Source: a phage. From it: 50,768 nucleotides of DNA. A program made the position numbers and the translations under genes. The first letter of the stretch is position 1, and every line of letters starts with the position of its first letter. This document shows positions 37,634 through 47,197 of this stretch, piece by piece. The stretch is taken from sequence record NC_101820.1; one strand, given 5' to 3'. The notes beneath the pieces were generated by a model. It ran no database searches, had not been told where the DNA came from, and was given only the letters and a program-made list of their open reading frames with translations.

Positions 37634-39631
37634 ATGATTCCAAATATCGAAAAACAAATATCAGCATTAGGCGAGGCAGTAATAAAAAGCATCCAAGAGC
37701 GATTCACGGTTGGCAATATAGTGCCTTATCCTTATCAGTGCGTTGCGTATGCAGAGATCGCAAAGCGCATGAAAAACTATGAGCATCCTTTCTTTGTTAA
37801 GGCTTCTGTATCGGCTGGCAAAACATTGATGTTTGCGATGGTTGCGGCGCAATGCCGCAAAATGGGATTGAAAATGATGGTCCTTGCTCGCCAGGCTGAA
37901 ATTGTTGATCAGGATTCGGAAGAGATCAGCAATCTTGGCGTGCCAAACTCAATCTATTGCGCCGGACTGAAAACAAAAAGCGCATACTTTCCGATCGTAG
38001 TCGGTTCTGAGGGCACTGTAGTAAACGGATTGTTTAAGTCGTTAGGTGATTATGTTCCGCACGTTATCGGTATTGATGAATGTCACCAGGTGGATTGGGA
38101 GGATCTCGCGGACGCGATAGAAAATAATGAATCTTACCAGCAGATGACCACTAAGAAGGATTTGCCTGTACTGATTGGAGAAGAACAGCAATTTGATTCC
38201 AATGGCGATCCAATGTTCGGAACAGGGCGCACACAGTACACCGTAATAATCATGGAAATGATGCGTAGGTGTCGCGAGGCATACGGGCACGAATTGCGAA
38301 TATTCGGCATGACTGGATCTGAGTTTCGCGGCGTGGTTCCAATACTGGTTGAAGATAAGAACAAAAAGGGATTCTGGCGTGAGCAGGTGACTAACATAGA
38401 CACAAACTACTTAATCAAATTCGGTTCGGTAGTGCCAACAAACTTCGGCGACGTAGGCGACCTGGGTTATGACCTTTCAGAGTTCGAAGCCAGTAGCGAG
38501 GATGGCGTTTCAGACTTTGACGCTAAAACATTGCGCAAGATGGAAGAAAAGATCCATCAAGACGCAACAATGACACAGAAAATCATGGCTAAAGTCCATG
38601 AGATATGCAAAGACAGGAACGGAGTTTTAGTTACATGCGCAGGGGAAAGGCACTGCAAGGAGGCCGCCTCCGCACTGCCGCCAGGCGTTGAATACAGGAT
38701 CATAACTGGCAAGACTGGAGATAATCAGCGTAAAGAGTGGCTGAGGGAGGCATACGAGGGAAAAGTAAAATACATCTTCCAGGTACAGGCGCTTACCACT
38801 GGCGTTAACGTTCCGTTTTGGGATACTTCTGTAATACTGAGAAAGATAGGATCTCTAACATTGCTTATCCAGCTTTTGGGGCGCGGCATGCGACTGCTTA
38901 AGCAATGGCACATTGAGCAGGGATTCAAGAAAAAAGATCATCTTGTATTGGATTTTGCAGGTACTATGGATGAGTTAGGTGATTTGTATTTCGATCCAAT
39001 CCTTGAGCAAGCGCAATTCCAAAAGAGATTTACAAACGGGAAAGAGCCTAAGACTTGTCCGATATGTGGAACGCTAAACAGCTTTTACGCTCGCCGATGT
39101 ATGCACGTAGACGATAACGGGAAGCGATGTGAGCATTTTTGGACTTACAGAATTTGCGAGGACCAGGTAGATCAGAGAACGAAAAAGATAATCAAGCGCG
39201 GTTGCGGAACAAAAAACGACGTAGTGGCGAGAGTATGCCGTTGTTGCGATATTTCTCTTGTCGATCCTAACGAGAAGTTAAGCGGTAAGCACTACACCAA
39301 AAACGATTGGTGCAACGTTAAATCTTTCCTCGTTGATATGACGAAAAACCAGAAAGGAATTATTTTTTGCTATGAGCTTGAGGCCAACGGCGACACGTTC
39401 AAGGCATACGAAAGATTTTTCCCTGAGTCAGAAAGCAACATTTGCCGGACGATATGGAGAAAAATAGCATTGCAGCACATACCGGATCGCAAGATTGCTG
39501 GTATGGTGGCGAGCTATAGAAATGCTCGTAAAATAATGTCATACGCTCATCACATCATGCCGCCTGTACGCGTAACGCATCGCAAAAACGGCAAAGGTGA
39601 GGATAACATTGCAAAACGGGAGTTTGTTTAA
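37634..39631 (+). CDS. SF2 DNA helicase (DEAD/DEAH-like) with C-terminal Cys-rich region
   Basis: 665 aa; ASVSAGKT (Walker A-like), GIDECHQVD (DExH box) and C-terminal CPICG...C..C cluster. Confidence 0.8.
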   Translation: MIPNIEKQISALGEAVIKSIQERFTVGNIVPYPYQCVAYAEIAKRMKNYEHPFFVKASVSAGKTLMFAMVAAQCRKMGLKMMVLARQAEIVDQDSEEISNLGVPNSIYCAGLKTKSAYFPIVVGSEGTVVNGLFKSLGDYVPHVIGIDECHQVDWEDLADAIENNESYQQMTTKKDLPVLIGEEQQFDSNGDPMFGTGRTQYTVIIMEMMRRCREAYGHELRIFGMTGSEFRGVVPILVEDKNKKGFWREQVTNIDTNYLIKFGSVVPTNFGDVGDLGYDLSEFEASSEDGVSDFDAKTLRKMEEKIHQDATMTQKIMAKVHEICKDRNGVLVTCAGERHCKEAASALPPGVEYRIITGKTGDNQRKEWLREAYEGKVKYIFQVQALTTGVNVPFWDTSVILRKIGSLTLLIQLLGRGMRLLKQWHIEQGFKKKDHLVLDFAGTMDELGDLYFDPILEQAQFQKRFTNGKEPKTCPICGTLNSFYARRCMHVDDNGKRCEHFWTYRICEDQVDQRTKKIIKRGCGTKNDVVARVCRCCDISLVDPNEKLSGKHYTKNDWCNVKSFLVDMTKNQKGIIFCYELEANGDTFKAYERFFPESESNICRTIWRKIALQHIPDRKIAGMVASYRNARKIMSYAHHIMPPVRVTHRKNGKGEDNIAKREFV

Positions 39632-40050
39632 TGGCTATAACTGATAAAGGAGATTATCTTGAGTTTTACGAAAGAGATCCAACCGACACGAGAAAGGAAG
39701 TTAATCACCAGATAGATAGCTTTCAGTGGTTGACTTATGCTCATCCTTATTTGCTAGCGTGGCATACGGTAAACGAGAATGAGAAGTCGAAAGTAACGGC
39801 GATGATTGATCAGCAGTCCGGCTTGGTTAAGGGGGTAAGCGATTTCATCATCCTGATTGGTTCAAACGGAAAATACCCCTTTGCAGCGATTGAGATCAAA
39901 CGAGTTAATAAATCAGGCAAGGGGAAAGCATCACCAGTCAGCGATGAACAAAAGTCTTTTTTGCGTCGCGTTCGCAGCTTAGGAGGATTCGCTGCGGTCG
40001 CCTACGGATTTAATCAGTTTAAGTTAGCTATTGAATACATGCTTAAATAG
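39631..40050 (+). CDS. VRR-NUC domain nuclease
   Basis: 139 aa; D...AIEIKR pattern characteristic of VRR-NUC; ATGGC overlap with the helicase stop. Confidence 0.65.
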   Translation: MAITDKGDYLEFYERDPTDTRKEVNHQIDSFQWLTYAHPYLLAWHTVNENEKSKVTAMIDQQSGLVKGVSDFIILIGSNGKYPFAAIEIKRVNKSGKGKASPVSDEQKSFLRRVRSLGGFAAVAYGFNQFKLAIEYMLK

Positions 40051-40090
40051 CACTTTTTGTTAAAACTGGCGCGATGGATTGCGCCATAAT
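40048..40090 (+). promoter_or_regulatory. conserved 19-nt motif with GGCGC/GCGCC hairpin and CATAAT at offset +37
   Basis: TAG stop of the VRR-NUC gene is the first triplet; CATAAT at 40085-40090. Confidence 0.5.
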
Positions 40091-40130
40091 TCAATAACAC
40101 GAGATGGCTTTTAATAGCGGAGAAATGAAA

Positions 40131-40856
40131 ATGGCTAAAGATATTTTAGATAAAGACACACATGACGCATTCGTTAGCTTTGAGCAGTTGGAGAGAGAAA
40201 CGTTTATAGGAAATGCTCTTGCAACTGGAGGCCATTACCAGGCAGTAAAGCCAAATCAATATTATAAGGTAAGCGGCAACCGATACGCTGGAAGCACTAC
40301 GCCGGACGTTGTGCGCGATATGTGGAGCACGCCTCAAGAGATCGTGGAGTGGATGGAATCAGAATTTGGTGAATACGATCTCGACGCGGCAGCAAGCCAG
40401 GAAAACGCAGTTTGCGAGAAGTTCTACAGCAAGGAAACAAATTGCTTAAAGCGTTGGTGGGGTAGCAACAAGCACGTATGGCTTAACCCGCCGTACAGCA
40501 ACCCAACTCCATTTATCAAGAAAGCAATTGAGCAAATGGAGCACAACAACCAAATTGATGTTTTGTTGCCATCCGACAACTCTACAGCATGGTTTTATGA
40601 GGCGCAGAAAAACGCGGCTGAAATCATCTGGATTACTGGCGAGGTTTACGAAGAGGGGGGAGTGGAATATTCCCGCACCGGAAGAATCGCCTTTGTGTCT
40701 GGATTGACTGGCGAGCCTGTACAGGGCAACAATAAGGGGAGCGTGATTTTTGTCATGCGTAAACTTAAAGAAGGCGAAGAGCAGAAAACGCGATACGTTA
40801 AGATCAGCGATATTTGCCCTTCTGTAACCGAACGCCGCGCGCGCAAACGGAGCTAA
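40131..40856 (+). CDS. DNA N6-adenine methyltransferase (Dam-like)
   Basis: NPPY motif (WLNPPYSN); about 240 aa; start uncertain among ATGs 40104-40131. Confidence 0.75.
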   Translation: MAKDILDKDTHDAFVSFEQLERETFIGNALATGGHYQAVKPNQYYKVSGNRYAGSTTPDVVRDMWSTPQEIVEWMESEFGEYDLDAAASQENAVCEKFYSKETNCLKRWWGSNKHVWLNPPYSNPTPFIKKAIEQMEHNNQIDVLLPSDNSTAWFYEAQKNAAEIIWITGEVYEEGGVEYSRTGRIAFVSGLTGEPVQGNNKGSVIFVMRKLKEGEEQKTRYVKISDICPSVTERRARKRS

Positions 40857-40860
40857 CACG

Positions 40861-41118
40861 ATGAAAAAAGAGAGAAGCGTTTATTTAAATGAAACTGGCG
40901 AGTGGTTGTTATTTCGCGCTATGGTGTGCGATGCACTTGATAAAAACCCTAACGTGAAAAAGATGATTGATTGCGATCCGTGGGAATTTTCAAGCGCATT
41001 AGATATGAGCTTTGAGGATACAAGAAAACTACCTCTTGAAAAATGGCACGAACAAATAAGAAATGACATGCAAGAGTTTGTCGATTCGTGGAATTTTCAG
41101 AACGGAATGATCCACTAA
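40861..41118 (+). CDS. hypothetical protein (85 aa)
   Basis: Track ORF; its TAA stop precedes the TAG of the next motif copy. Confidence 0.5.
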   Translation: MKKERSVYLNETGEWLLFRAMVCDALDKNPNVKKMIDCDPWEFSSALDMSFEDTRKLPLEKWHEQIRNDMQEFVDSWNFQNGMIH

Positions 41119-41161
41119 TAGCACTTTTTGTTAAAACGCCCGGCATTTTGTCGGGCATAAT
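41119..41161 (+). promoter_or_regulatory. conserved 19-nt motif with GCCCG/CGGGC hairpin and CATAAT at offset +37
   Basis: TAGCACTTTTTGTTAAAAC at 41119; CATAAT at 41156-41161. Confidence 0.5.
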
Positions 41162-41193
41162 TATTTCAACGAAACAAACATGAGGAAATGAAA

Positions 41194-41373
41194 ATGGTAG
41201 TATACAGCAAGAAAGCATTTGACCAGGCGCAACAAACAGCACGCGATGCGGTAAAAGGTGGAACGAAAAACAATATGCAGCTTGATTGGGGCGCTGCAAT
41301 GATTCTACTTCGCGTTGCATATGGTCACTACCCATTAGAATTTGCGGAGGCATATTATAAGCATGAAGGTTGA
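41194..41373 (+). CDS. hypothetical small protein (59 aa)
   Basis: ATG 41194 after GAGGAAATG; in frame with track ORF 41188..41373. Confidence 0.45.
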   Translation: MVVYSKKAFDQAQQTARDAVKGGTKNNMQLDWGAAMILLRVAYGHYPLEFAEAYYKHEG

Positions 41374-41605
41374 ACAAGGTAGAGAGGCGGTATGGAATCA
41401 CGCTAAAGAATGCGGAATAGCCGACGATATAAAGAAGATCGCGCAATACTTTGATATTGCAGATGTGAGCATAATTAGCGGTGATAAGATGACTTTCCTC
41501 AAGGAAAGGCCGCGAAAAATGGTAAGAGTTCCAGCAGTTCCAACAAAAATTGATTTCAAAGAGGCAATGGCTAAAATCCGAGAGCCTCGCAAATATTATA
41601 AATGA
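41363..41605 (+). CDS. hypothetical protein (80 aa)
   Basis: ATG 41363; in frame with track ORF 41342..41605. Confidence 0.45.
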   Translation: MKVEQGREAVWNHAKECGIADDIKKIAQYFDIADVSIISGDKMTFLKERPRKMVRVPAVPTKIDFKEAMAKIREPRKYYK

Positions 41606-41699
41606 GGATAGTTATCATGTGGCGCTTGTTTGTTCTACCGTTACCCGTTATCATCGCTGTTACAGTTATGTACCATATAGTGATGAGATAGGTGGCAGA

Positions 41700-42815
41700 A
41701 TGAAAAATGTAAAAATTACAGATGAGCAATTCAAGATCGAACGGGCGGCGGGTAAGACATATAAACAGATCGCTCAAGAGTACGGAATGAATGTGAGAAG
41801 CGTCGAGCGTCGCGCGGCGCGACTTGCAAAGCAAGGCCAGGTATCCACAATTGGAGCGCCTGGTTTTGGCGTTCATGGTGAGTCAGTAATGACTGACAAA
41901 GAAGGCAACATAATCCTAAAGTGGACTAAAACCAGCAAGGATAAAGAGCAATTAGAAGCATTAATGCGCGCAGCAATGGAGGCATTTAGCGAGGAAGTGC
42001 CGCGATTAGATCCGGTTCCATTACAGGAGCGCGACTATAACGAAACGCTTTCCTTGTATCCGATCTTTGACATGCACTTAGGCGCTATGGCCCATAAGCA
42101 CGAATGCGGCGAAAATTGGGATACCGCCACGGCAGAGCGCGTTATGAATAACTTTATCGACTATGCTTTAATGTGCGCACCGGATAGCGAAAAGGCTGTC
42201 ATCCTGATTGGTGGCGATATGCTGCATAGCGACGGCCTGGAGGCGGTTACACCTGCAAGCGGTCACGTACTGGATCAAGATAGTCGATATGCAAAATTGG
42301 TTTACGTTGCCATCCGTGCAATGCGACGCGCAATCAATAAAATGTTGTTAAAGCATAAACATGTTGAAGTCCAGATCGTAGAGGGCAATCATGACCAATC
42401 AGGAATGATTTGGCTACGCGCAGCAATGGCGGCAGCATATGAAAACGAGCCGCGCGTTTACGTTGATGTTTCCCCTCGCGTTGTGCACCACACGCAATAC
42501 GGAAAAACTTTCCTTGCGTACCATCACGGGCACACAGTGCGAAAGCCTGAAACGTTGCTAATGATGTGCGCGTCCGATTGGCGGGAGGACTTCGGAAACT
42601 CAAAAACGATGTATGCGCACGTAGGGCATTGGCATCACCAGACCGTAACGGAAACGTCGCTTGGCATCGTGGAAGTACATAGCACCCTGGCGGCAAAAGA
42701 CGCATACGCAGCGCGCGGTGGCTGGCGATCTCGACGCCGCGCGGCGGTTATCATTTACGACAAAGAGCATGGAGAGGTTGGGCGATTTGTTCACTATCCA
42801 GAAATGATGAATTGA
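41700..42815 (+). CDS. metallophosphoesterase (calcineurin-like) with N-terminal HTH-like segment
   Basis: GGDMLHSD, EGNHDQ, HHGH and GHWHH motifs; N-terminal YKQIAQEYGMNVRSVERRAARL; start refined to ATG 41700. Confidence 0.6.
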   Translation: MKNVKITDEQFKIERAAGKTYKQIAQEYGMNVRSVERRAARLAKQGQVSTIGAPGFGVHGESVMTDKEGNIILKWTKTSKDKEQLEALMRAAMEAFSEEVPRLDPVPLQERDYNETLSLYPIFDMHLGAMAHKHECGENWDTATAERVMNNFIDYALMCAPDSEKAVILIGGDMLHSDGLEAVTPASGHVLDQDSRYAKLVYVAIRAMRRAINKMLLKHKHVEVQIVEGNHDQSGMIWLRAAMAAAYENEPRVYVDVSPRVVHHTQYGKTFLAYHHGHTVRKPETLLMMCASDWREDFGNSKTMYAHVGHWHHQTVTETSLGIVEVHSTLAAKDAYAARGGWRSRRRAAVIIYDKEHGEVGRFVHYPEMMN

Positions 42816-42861
42816 TGAATTTTTATTTAAATCAATGACAAATTAAATCAAAAACTTGCAA

Positions 42862-42890
42862 GGGGGCGGCGTTTGTCGCCTCTTTTTTTT
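42862..42890 (+). terminator. intrinsic terminator
   Basis: GC-rich imperfect hairpin (GGCGGCG...GTCGCC) followed by nine T. Confidence 0.55.
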
Positions 42891-42925
42891 TGTTTAATTT
42901 TTTTACCATGTACGTTTATCATAAG

Positions 42926-42939
42926 GTCAATATATTGAC
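42926..42939. promoter_or_regulatory. perfect 14-bp palindrome GTCAATATATTGAC upstream of the lysis cassette (candidate operator)
   Basis: Perfect inverted repeat about 25 nt upstream of the holin start. Confidence 0.4.
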
Positions 42940-42962
42940 TTTAATTAATATGGAGAATAAAA

Positions 42963-43178
42963 ATGAAAGATTTTATTAACGCAGCTACCGCTGGATCTGG
43001 CGGTTCATCTATCGCAAGCGCCGCTACAGGGCAGTTAACCATTGCTATTGCCAGCTTTGTTTTAATGGCTGCATTCGGTGCATGGGGCGCTTACCTTCGC
43101 TGGCGTGATAGTAAAAAATTCCACGAGGCGATCGAAAAAGGTGATATTCAAAAAGCTATTGAAATCAGGGGCAAGTAA
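42963..43178 (+). CDS. holin (pinholin-like, class II)
   Basis: 71 aa with hydrophobic segments and charged C-terminus; immediately upstream of a SAR endolysin. Confidence 0.7.
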   Translation: MKDFINAATAGSGGSSIASAATGQLTIAIASFVLMAAFGAWGAYLRWRDSKKFHEAIEKGDIQKAIEIRGK

Positions 43179-43669
43179 TGAGCATAAAGAACAGGGTAGC
43201 GGCGGCGGCCTTTGGCGTTGCGGTTGCCTTGACTTCTCCACTTCTTGAAGAGATCGAAGGGGTAAGATACAAGCCATACAAAGATATTGCTGGAGTATGG
43301 ACGGTTTGCGCAGGAATCACCGGACCAGATGTTATCCTGGGGAAAACGTACACTAAAAAAGAGTGTGATGCTTTGTTGGCTAAGCATATCCAGGTTGCTA
43401 AAAAGGAAGTTGACAGGCAAGTTAAGGTTGATATTCCTGATAGTATGCGTGCAGCAATGTACTCATTCACTTACAATGCAGGTGTGGGAGCTTTCAGAAA
43501 TTCAACAATGCTGAAACTCATCAACCAGGGGAAATTAAACGAGGCTTGCGATCAGCTTTATCGTTGGACTTATTACCATAACCCAAAAACAGGAAAGCGC
43601 GAGAAGTCTAAAGGCTTACTTAACAGGCGCAAGGTCGAATACAAATATTGCACAATGGATCTGAAATGA
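43178..43669 (+). CDS. SAR endolysin (lysozyme, T4/P21-like fold)
   Basis: N-terminal signal-anchor-release segment [16 protein letters not shown] followed by E-x8-D-x5-T catalytic pattern ([16 protein letters not shown]). Confidence 0.85.
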   Translation: MSIKNRVAAAAFGVAVALTSPLLEEIEGVRYKPYKDIAGVWTVCAGITGPDVILGKTYTKKECDALLAKHIQVAKKEVDRQVKVDIPDSMRAAMYSFTYNAGVGAFRNSTMLKLINQGKLNEACDQLYRWTYYHNPKTGKREKSKGLLNRRKVEYKYCTMDLK

Positions 43670-44061
43670 TGAAGAAATTTTTAATCGCACCAATCGCAAT
43701 GGCGGTGATCTTGTCTGGATGTTCAAGCGTTACGCCACTGACAGGATTAATCGGCAGTAAGCCGGAAATCACAGCGCAGGCTGGCGCGGAGAACGTGAAG
43801 CAGACAGTTGGCATTACAGCAAGGCAGGACGCCAGCACAAAACAGGAAACCACAATAAAGGAATCTGCGGTTGACAAGGTGGACACGTCCAGCAAGAAGG
43901 ATTTCACAACATCAACTATTCAGGCCAATACCATCAAGGCAGACAAAATTCAGGTCGTGCAGGGTAATAACGGCAGATGGTACGATCCGGTAATCATATG
44001 CGTGGTTGTGTTAATTGTGCTGATTTGTCTTTACTGGAGAGAAAAGAAAAAGGAGGCTTAA
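43666..44061 (+). CDS. unimolecular spanin (T1 gp11-like)
   Basis: Lipoprotein signal [19 protein letters not shown] plus C-terminal transmembrane helix [16 protein letters not shown] in one polypeptide. Confidence 0.75.
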   Translation: MMKKFLIAPIAMAVILSGCSSVTPLTGLIGSKPEITAQAGAENVKQTVGITARQDASTKQETTIKESAVDKVDTSSKKDFTTSTIQANTIKADKIQVVQGNNGRWYDPVIICVVVLIVLICLYWREKKKEA

Positions 44062-44078
44062 TGCCTCCTTTATTTTTA
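44045..44078. terminator. bidirectional terminator
   Basis: AGGAGGC ttaat GCCTCCT flanked by A-rich and T-rich runs, between convergent genes. Confidence 0.65.
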
Positions 44079-44300
44079 TGCGTCGGGCCACATATGAGTT
44101 TCGTTTGTTGGCTTGTTCGATTCGTCGTACTGCCTTACTTCAATGCTGCAAGTGTCGCCGTACATTTCTGCAATCTTGCGCTCATTTTCAACCGCCGATT
44201 GCTCACTCCAGCCTGAATCCTTATCGTAAACTGTCGGGATTTCAGAAGAAGATCCATTTGCATGATTGTATACGCGAACTACTAAAAACTTGCTGGACAT
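44076..44300 (-). CDS. hypothetical protein (74 aa)
   Basis: Start refined to ATG 44300 after AAAAAAGGAAAAATT; in frame with track ORF 44076..44351. Confidence 0.5.
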   Translation of the reverse strand: MSSKFLVVRVYNHANGSSSEIPTVYDKDSGWSEQSAVENERKIAEMYGDTCSIEVRQYDESNKPTNETHMWPDA

Positions 44301-44361
44301 AATTTTTCCTTTTTTGTTGGTTCGTTTCGATGAAACAAATATACCCGACACAAGGTCGGGA

Positions 44362-44380
44362 GTTTTAACAAAAAATGCTA
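44362..44380 (-). promoter_or_regulatory. conserved motif with CCCGAC/GTCGGG hairpin and TATATT at offset +37
   Basis: Minus strand TAGCATTTTTTGTTAAAAC; leader contains CATCGAAACGAACC. Confidence 0.5.
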
Positions 44381-44498
44381 TTCCATACGCTTTACTGTAA
44401 CCAATAACACACCATCATCATTGCATAAAACGTGTTCAGTGGTGCTAAAAGCTCGCATATCTGAATAAAGTAGCGTAAGTAAAGCATGAATAAAATCA

Positions 44499-44894
44499 TC
44501 ATGTGATATTGAATTTACGGCGCAGTGCTTCAAGATCTTGTCTATTAGCTTTTGCCTGGAACAATTCATCATCGCCCATCTCCCCTATTCTAGCCATATC
44601 CCTGATCCAGTCGTTGCGCATACCATCCAGGCTATAAAATTCGAATCCGAAAGGCCGCTTTGACGATCCTTTGGACCAGTATTTACCGCATACCCCATCT
44701 ATATAGCCAGCCGTCATCATTCTTGCGCAAAATTCCTTAGATGCAAGGCTGGCTAACATTCGCGGAGTAAGTCCGGCGGCCCGTGCGAGCCGCTCACATT
44801 CTCTATGCTGATAGATAAATTTGGCTATGTGCTGCCTGTTAAACCAGTCGTATGACTCACACCATTTATACAGATCAAGCAAAAACATAATCAT
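44499..44894 (-). CDS. hypothetical protein (131 aa)
   Basis: Track ORF; ATGA overlap with the upstream ATPase gene. Confidence 0.55.
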   Translation of the reverse strand: MIMFLLDLYKWCESYDWFNRQHIAKFIYQHRECERLARAAGLTPRMLASLASKEFCARMMTAGYIDGVCGKYWSKGSSKRPFGFEFYSLDGMRNDWIRDMARIGEMGDDELFQAKANRQDLEALRRKFNIT

Positions 44895-46471
44895 CCCAGC
44901 AGTATTGGATTGACAAAAATAACACCATTAATCACACAAACATAATTTCTTTCTTCCAGCATTGGCAGTAAGTGCCCTTCTATCCTTTTCATTACGCCAG
45001 CCTGACCAACGAAAGGTTTTACCTTTCTCGCTGATTCGTACAGGGCGCGGATATTCAGAATCCCTTTATTAGCCTTGCCGTGCCTCGTGATCAATTCAAT
45101 CAATTTACCCATTTCAGCATCATCACCAGCATAACCAGAAGCATTGGCGGCGCTAATGTATGTTTTGCTCAATTCCTGAAACATGATCAACGCCTCTTGC
45201 ATTGTTTCCACGTCGATCTCTTTCGACTTCTGCGGGTATCCGGCAGGATTAAACCAGTTACGGATAACATGCAGGACGGAAGCAAGCCTGATCACCTGTT
45301 TATCCATTTTACCCAGCGCACCGCGTAACATTGTATGAGAATACTTTCCTCCGTCTGCAAGATGCGGTTCCATATCCTGGCGAGCAATGTTGAGCACTCG
45401 CATAGCTGAACGGCTTATTTTCAGCGATATATTTGATTCGCTCATGATGTTATGCACCAATTGATAATATTGGGCTTTCAATTCAGAATCCACCGCCTCA
45501 TAGGTAGAATCACCATTTTCATCAATGAATGAGCGACGGCCTAAGAATGATTCCTCGCGGACCAACAAAAAACGCTCACTAACACCGATGCCTCGCGATC
45601 CAGCGTCCATGATTCCGCTTATCGTTTCATCCTGGGCTATAACGCTCATACATCCAAGCGCGCGAAAACTCATATTATTGTCAGCATTAGCACGGGCAAT
45701 TGATACGTGACCATTATCCCACGCCTTAAGCACTAACTCACTGTTAGTCTTCCTTTCGCTATTTGCATAGGTCAAGCCTAACAGACTGTTAATACTTGTT
45801 GCTTCATCAGATATTACGGCAAAGTTACCTTGCTTGTTGTTGATTTTCGCCAAGCCTTCTGGAGTTGTATCTGAAACAGGAAAAGTTATATCACACATTT
45901 TTTCCAGCTTTTCCTCCAGATCCTCTTTTTCCTGGTATAGAGATTCCATATCAGCGCCGGATCTTTCGCTTTTCATCTCCTTTGCAAGACCTGCCAGCTT
46001 TGCCTGTATTTTCTTTCTTTCCTTGCGGCGTTGCTCGTTGATCTTCTCAACTTCCGCAATCATCGGAGCAATAGCCATGCTGTTGATCGCAGATTTACCA
46101 GTTGACGGCGGCTGGCTTGTAACGACGTAAAGCGCAGTCGGCTGATCGGTTCCGTGATAGTCAACCGTAAAGCGTCCAAGCATAGCGGCAGAAATGCAGC
46201 CGATAAAGTGCATATAAGCCGATGATTCAGGGAATTGAACGGATCGCGCAATGCTGCGTGATAACTTGCCGACAACATCAATATCATTACCAAGAGAAAT
46301 AACGGGGTAGCGATCGTGACCGCTATTCACATCCTTTACGTCGCCCCAAAAGCTGGACGACTGGCGATAGCCGTTAGCCTGAATTGATACGCGAACTGGC
46401 GAAAGGTTCTGGCTTTCAGCCAGAGCGATTATTTGTTGTGGAGTTAATTTGTTCGTTTCTAATGAAAACAT
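44891..46471 (-). CDS. P-loop NTPase of unknown role (DUF3987-like, tentative)
   Basis: 526 aa; Walker A SQPPSTGKSA and Walker B-like FAVISDEATS; family assignment is from memory and unverified. Confidence 0.6.
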   Translation of the reverse strand: MFSLETNKLTPQQIIALAESQNLSPVRVSIQANGYRQSSSFWGDVKDVNSGHDRYPVISLGNDIDVVGKLSRSIARSVQFPESSAYMHFIGCISAAMLGRFTVDYHGTDQPTALYVVTSQPPSTGKSAINSMAIAPMIAEVEKINEQRRKERKKIQAKLAGLAKEMKSERSGADMESLYQEKEDLEEKLEKMCDITFPVSDTTPEGLAKINNKQGNFAVISDEATSINSLLGLTYANSERKTNSELVLKAWDNGHVSIARANADNNMSFRALGCMSVIAQDETISGIMDAGSRGIGVSERFLLVREESFLGRRSFIDENGDSTYEAVDSELKAQYYQLVHNIMSESNISLKISRSAMRVLNIARQDMEPHLADGGKYSHTMLRGALGKMDKQVIRLASVLHVIRNWFNPAGYPQKSKEIDVETMQEALIMFQELSKTYISAANASGYAGDDAEMGKLIELITRHGKANKGILNIRALYESARKVKPFVGQAGVMKRIEGHLLPMLEERNYVCVINGVIFVNPILLG

Positions 46472-46522
46472 TCGTTAGCTTCTCCTTTGTGGGCCGTAAA
46501 TTTTAACGGCCCAATACTACCC

Positions 46523-46541
46523 CGTTTTGTCAAAAAGTGCT
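46523..46541 (-). promoter_or_regulatory. conserved motif variant with TAAAAT in a GGGCCG/CGGCCC hairpin loop
   Basis: Minus strand TAGCACTTTTTGACAAAAC then hairpin then RBS AAAGGAG and ATG 46471. Confidence 0.5.
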
Positions 46542-46761
46542 ATTTGATCCGCTCTATTGCAACCAGAAGTCGATCAGGCTGGCGGTCGCTGTAGCATTCT
46601 CCTGTAATCCCATCCTTAAACGTAAAGTAAAGCGCCTTATGATATGAAAAACCAATCAGCCAACCTACCGCCGTTTTTTTGATTGGCCTGACTATATCGC
46701 CAGGCTTGAAAGTCTTTGTGGCAGAATGCGTTACTTTGTAACGGTTCTCACTGTTTATCAC
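46540..46761 (-). CDS. hypothetical protein (73 aa)
   Basis: Track ORF (GTG start as listed); my manual reading of this region differs from the track by one base near 46560. Confidence 0.4.
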   Translation of the reverse strand: MINSENRYKVTHSATKTFKPGDIVRPIKKTAVGWLIGFSYHKALYFTFKDGITGECYSDRQPDRLLVAIERIK

Positions 46762-47144
46762 AGATATTTGCCCTCAAACAGATAACATCCGCCAGCAGAG
46801 AATCCGACCTCTTCACGGTACAGGTTCCAGCGGTCGCCGCACTCATCAAAAACATAACCCGCAACGCTTCCAAGCGGTCGCCCTTTCTCGATCTGGTATC
46901 GCTTGCCCTGCTTAAAGTGCTTTTTGCACGGCATGTTATGATCTACAAACGTGCAAAGAACGGTTTTTGTGTTAATGACGCGGTAATCATCTCGGTTTGC
47001 TGGAAGCCAACGGCTACCCTTAACAAGCGTCTTAACCTGGAACTCTTCCAACTCGATCACATCATTACTTCCTGCAATCTTCTGATAAACCGTTTTAAAA
47101 CGGCCTTTCATCAATACGTTGGTTTCATTACAGATAACATTCAT
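46758..47144 (-). CDS. hypothetical protein (128 aa)
   Basis: Track ORF; ATG 47144 preceded by AAAGGAG. Confidence 0.55.
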   Translation of the reverse strand: MNVICNETNVLMKGRFKTVYQKIAGSNDVIELEEFQVKTLVKGSRWLPANRDDYRVINTKTVLCTFVDHNMPCKKHFKQGKRYQIEKGRPLGSVAGYVFDECGDRWNLYREEVGFSAGGCYLFEGKYL

Positions 47145-47197
47145 GATTAGATCTCCTTTGTTTGTTCGATGTGATTATGCCAGGTTTTTACACCTGG

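Noticed and set aside
44378-44572. Track ORF 44378..44572 (minus, 64 aa)
   Set aside because: It spans the end of gene 44499..44894 and the promoter/motif region of the next unit and has no RBS; likely spurious.
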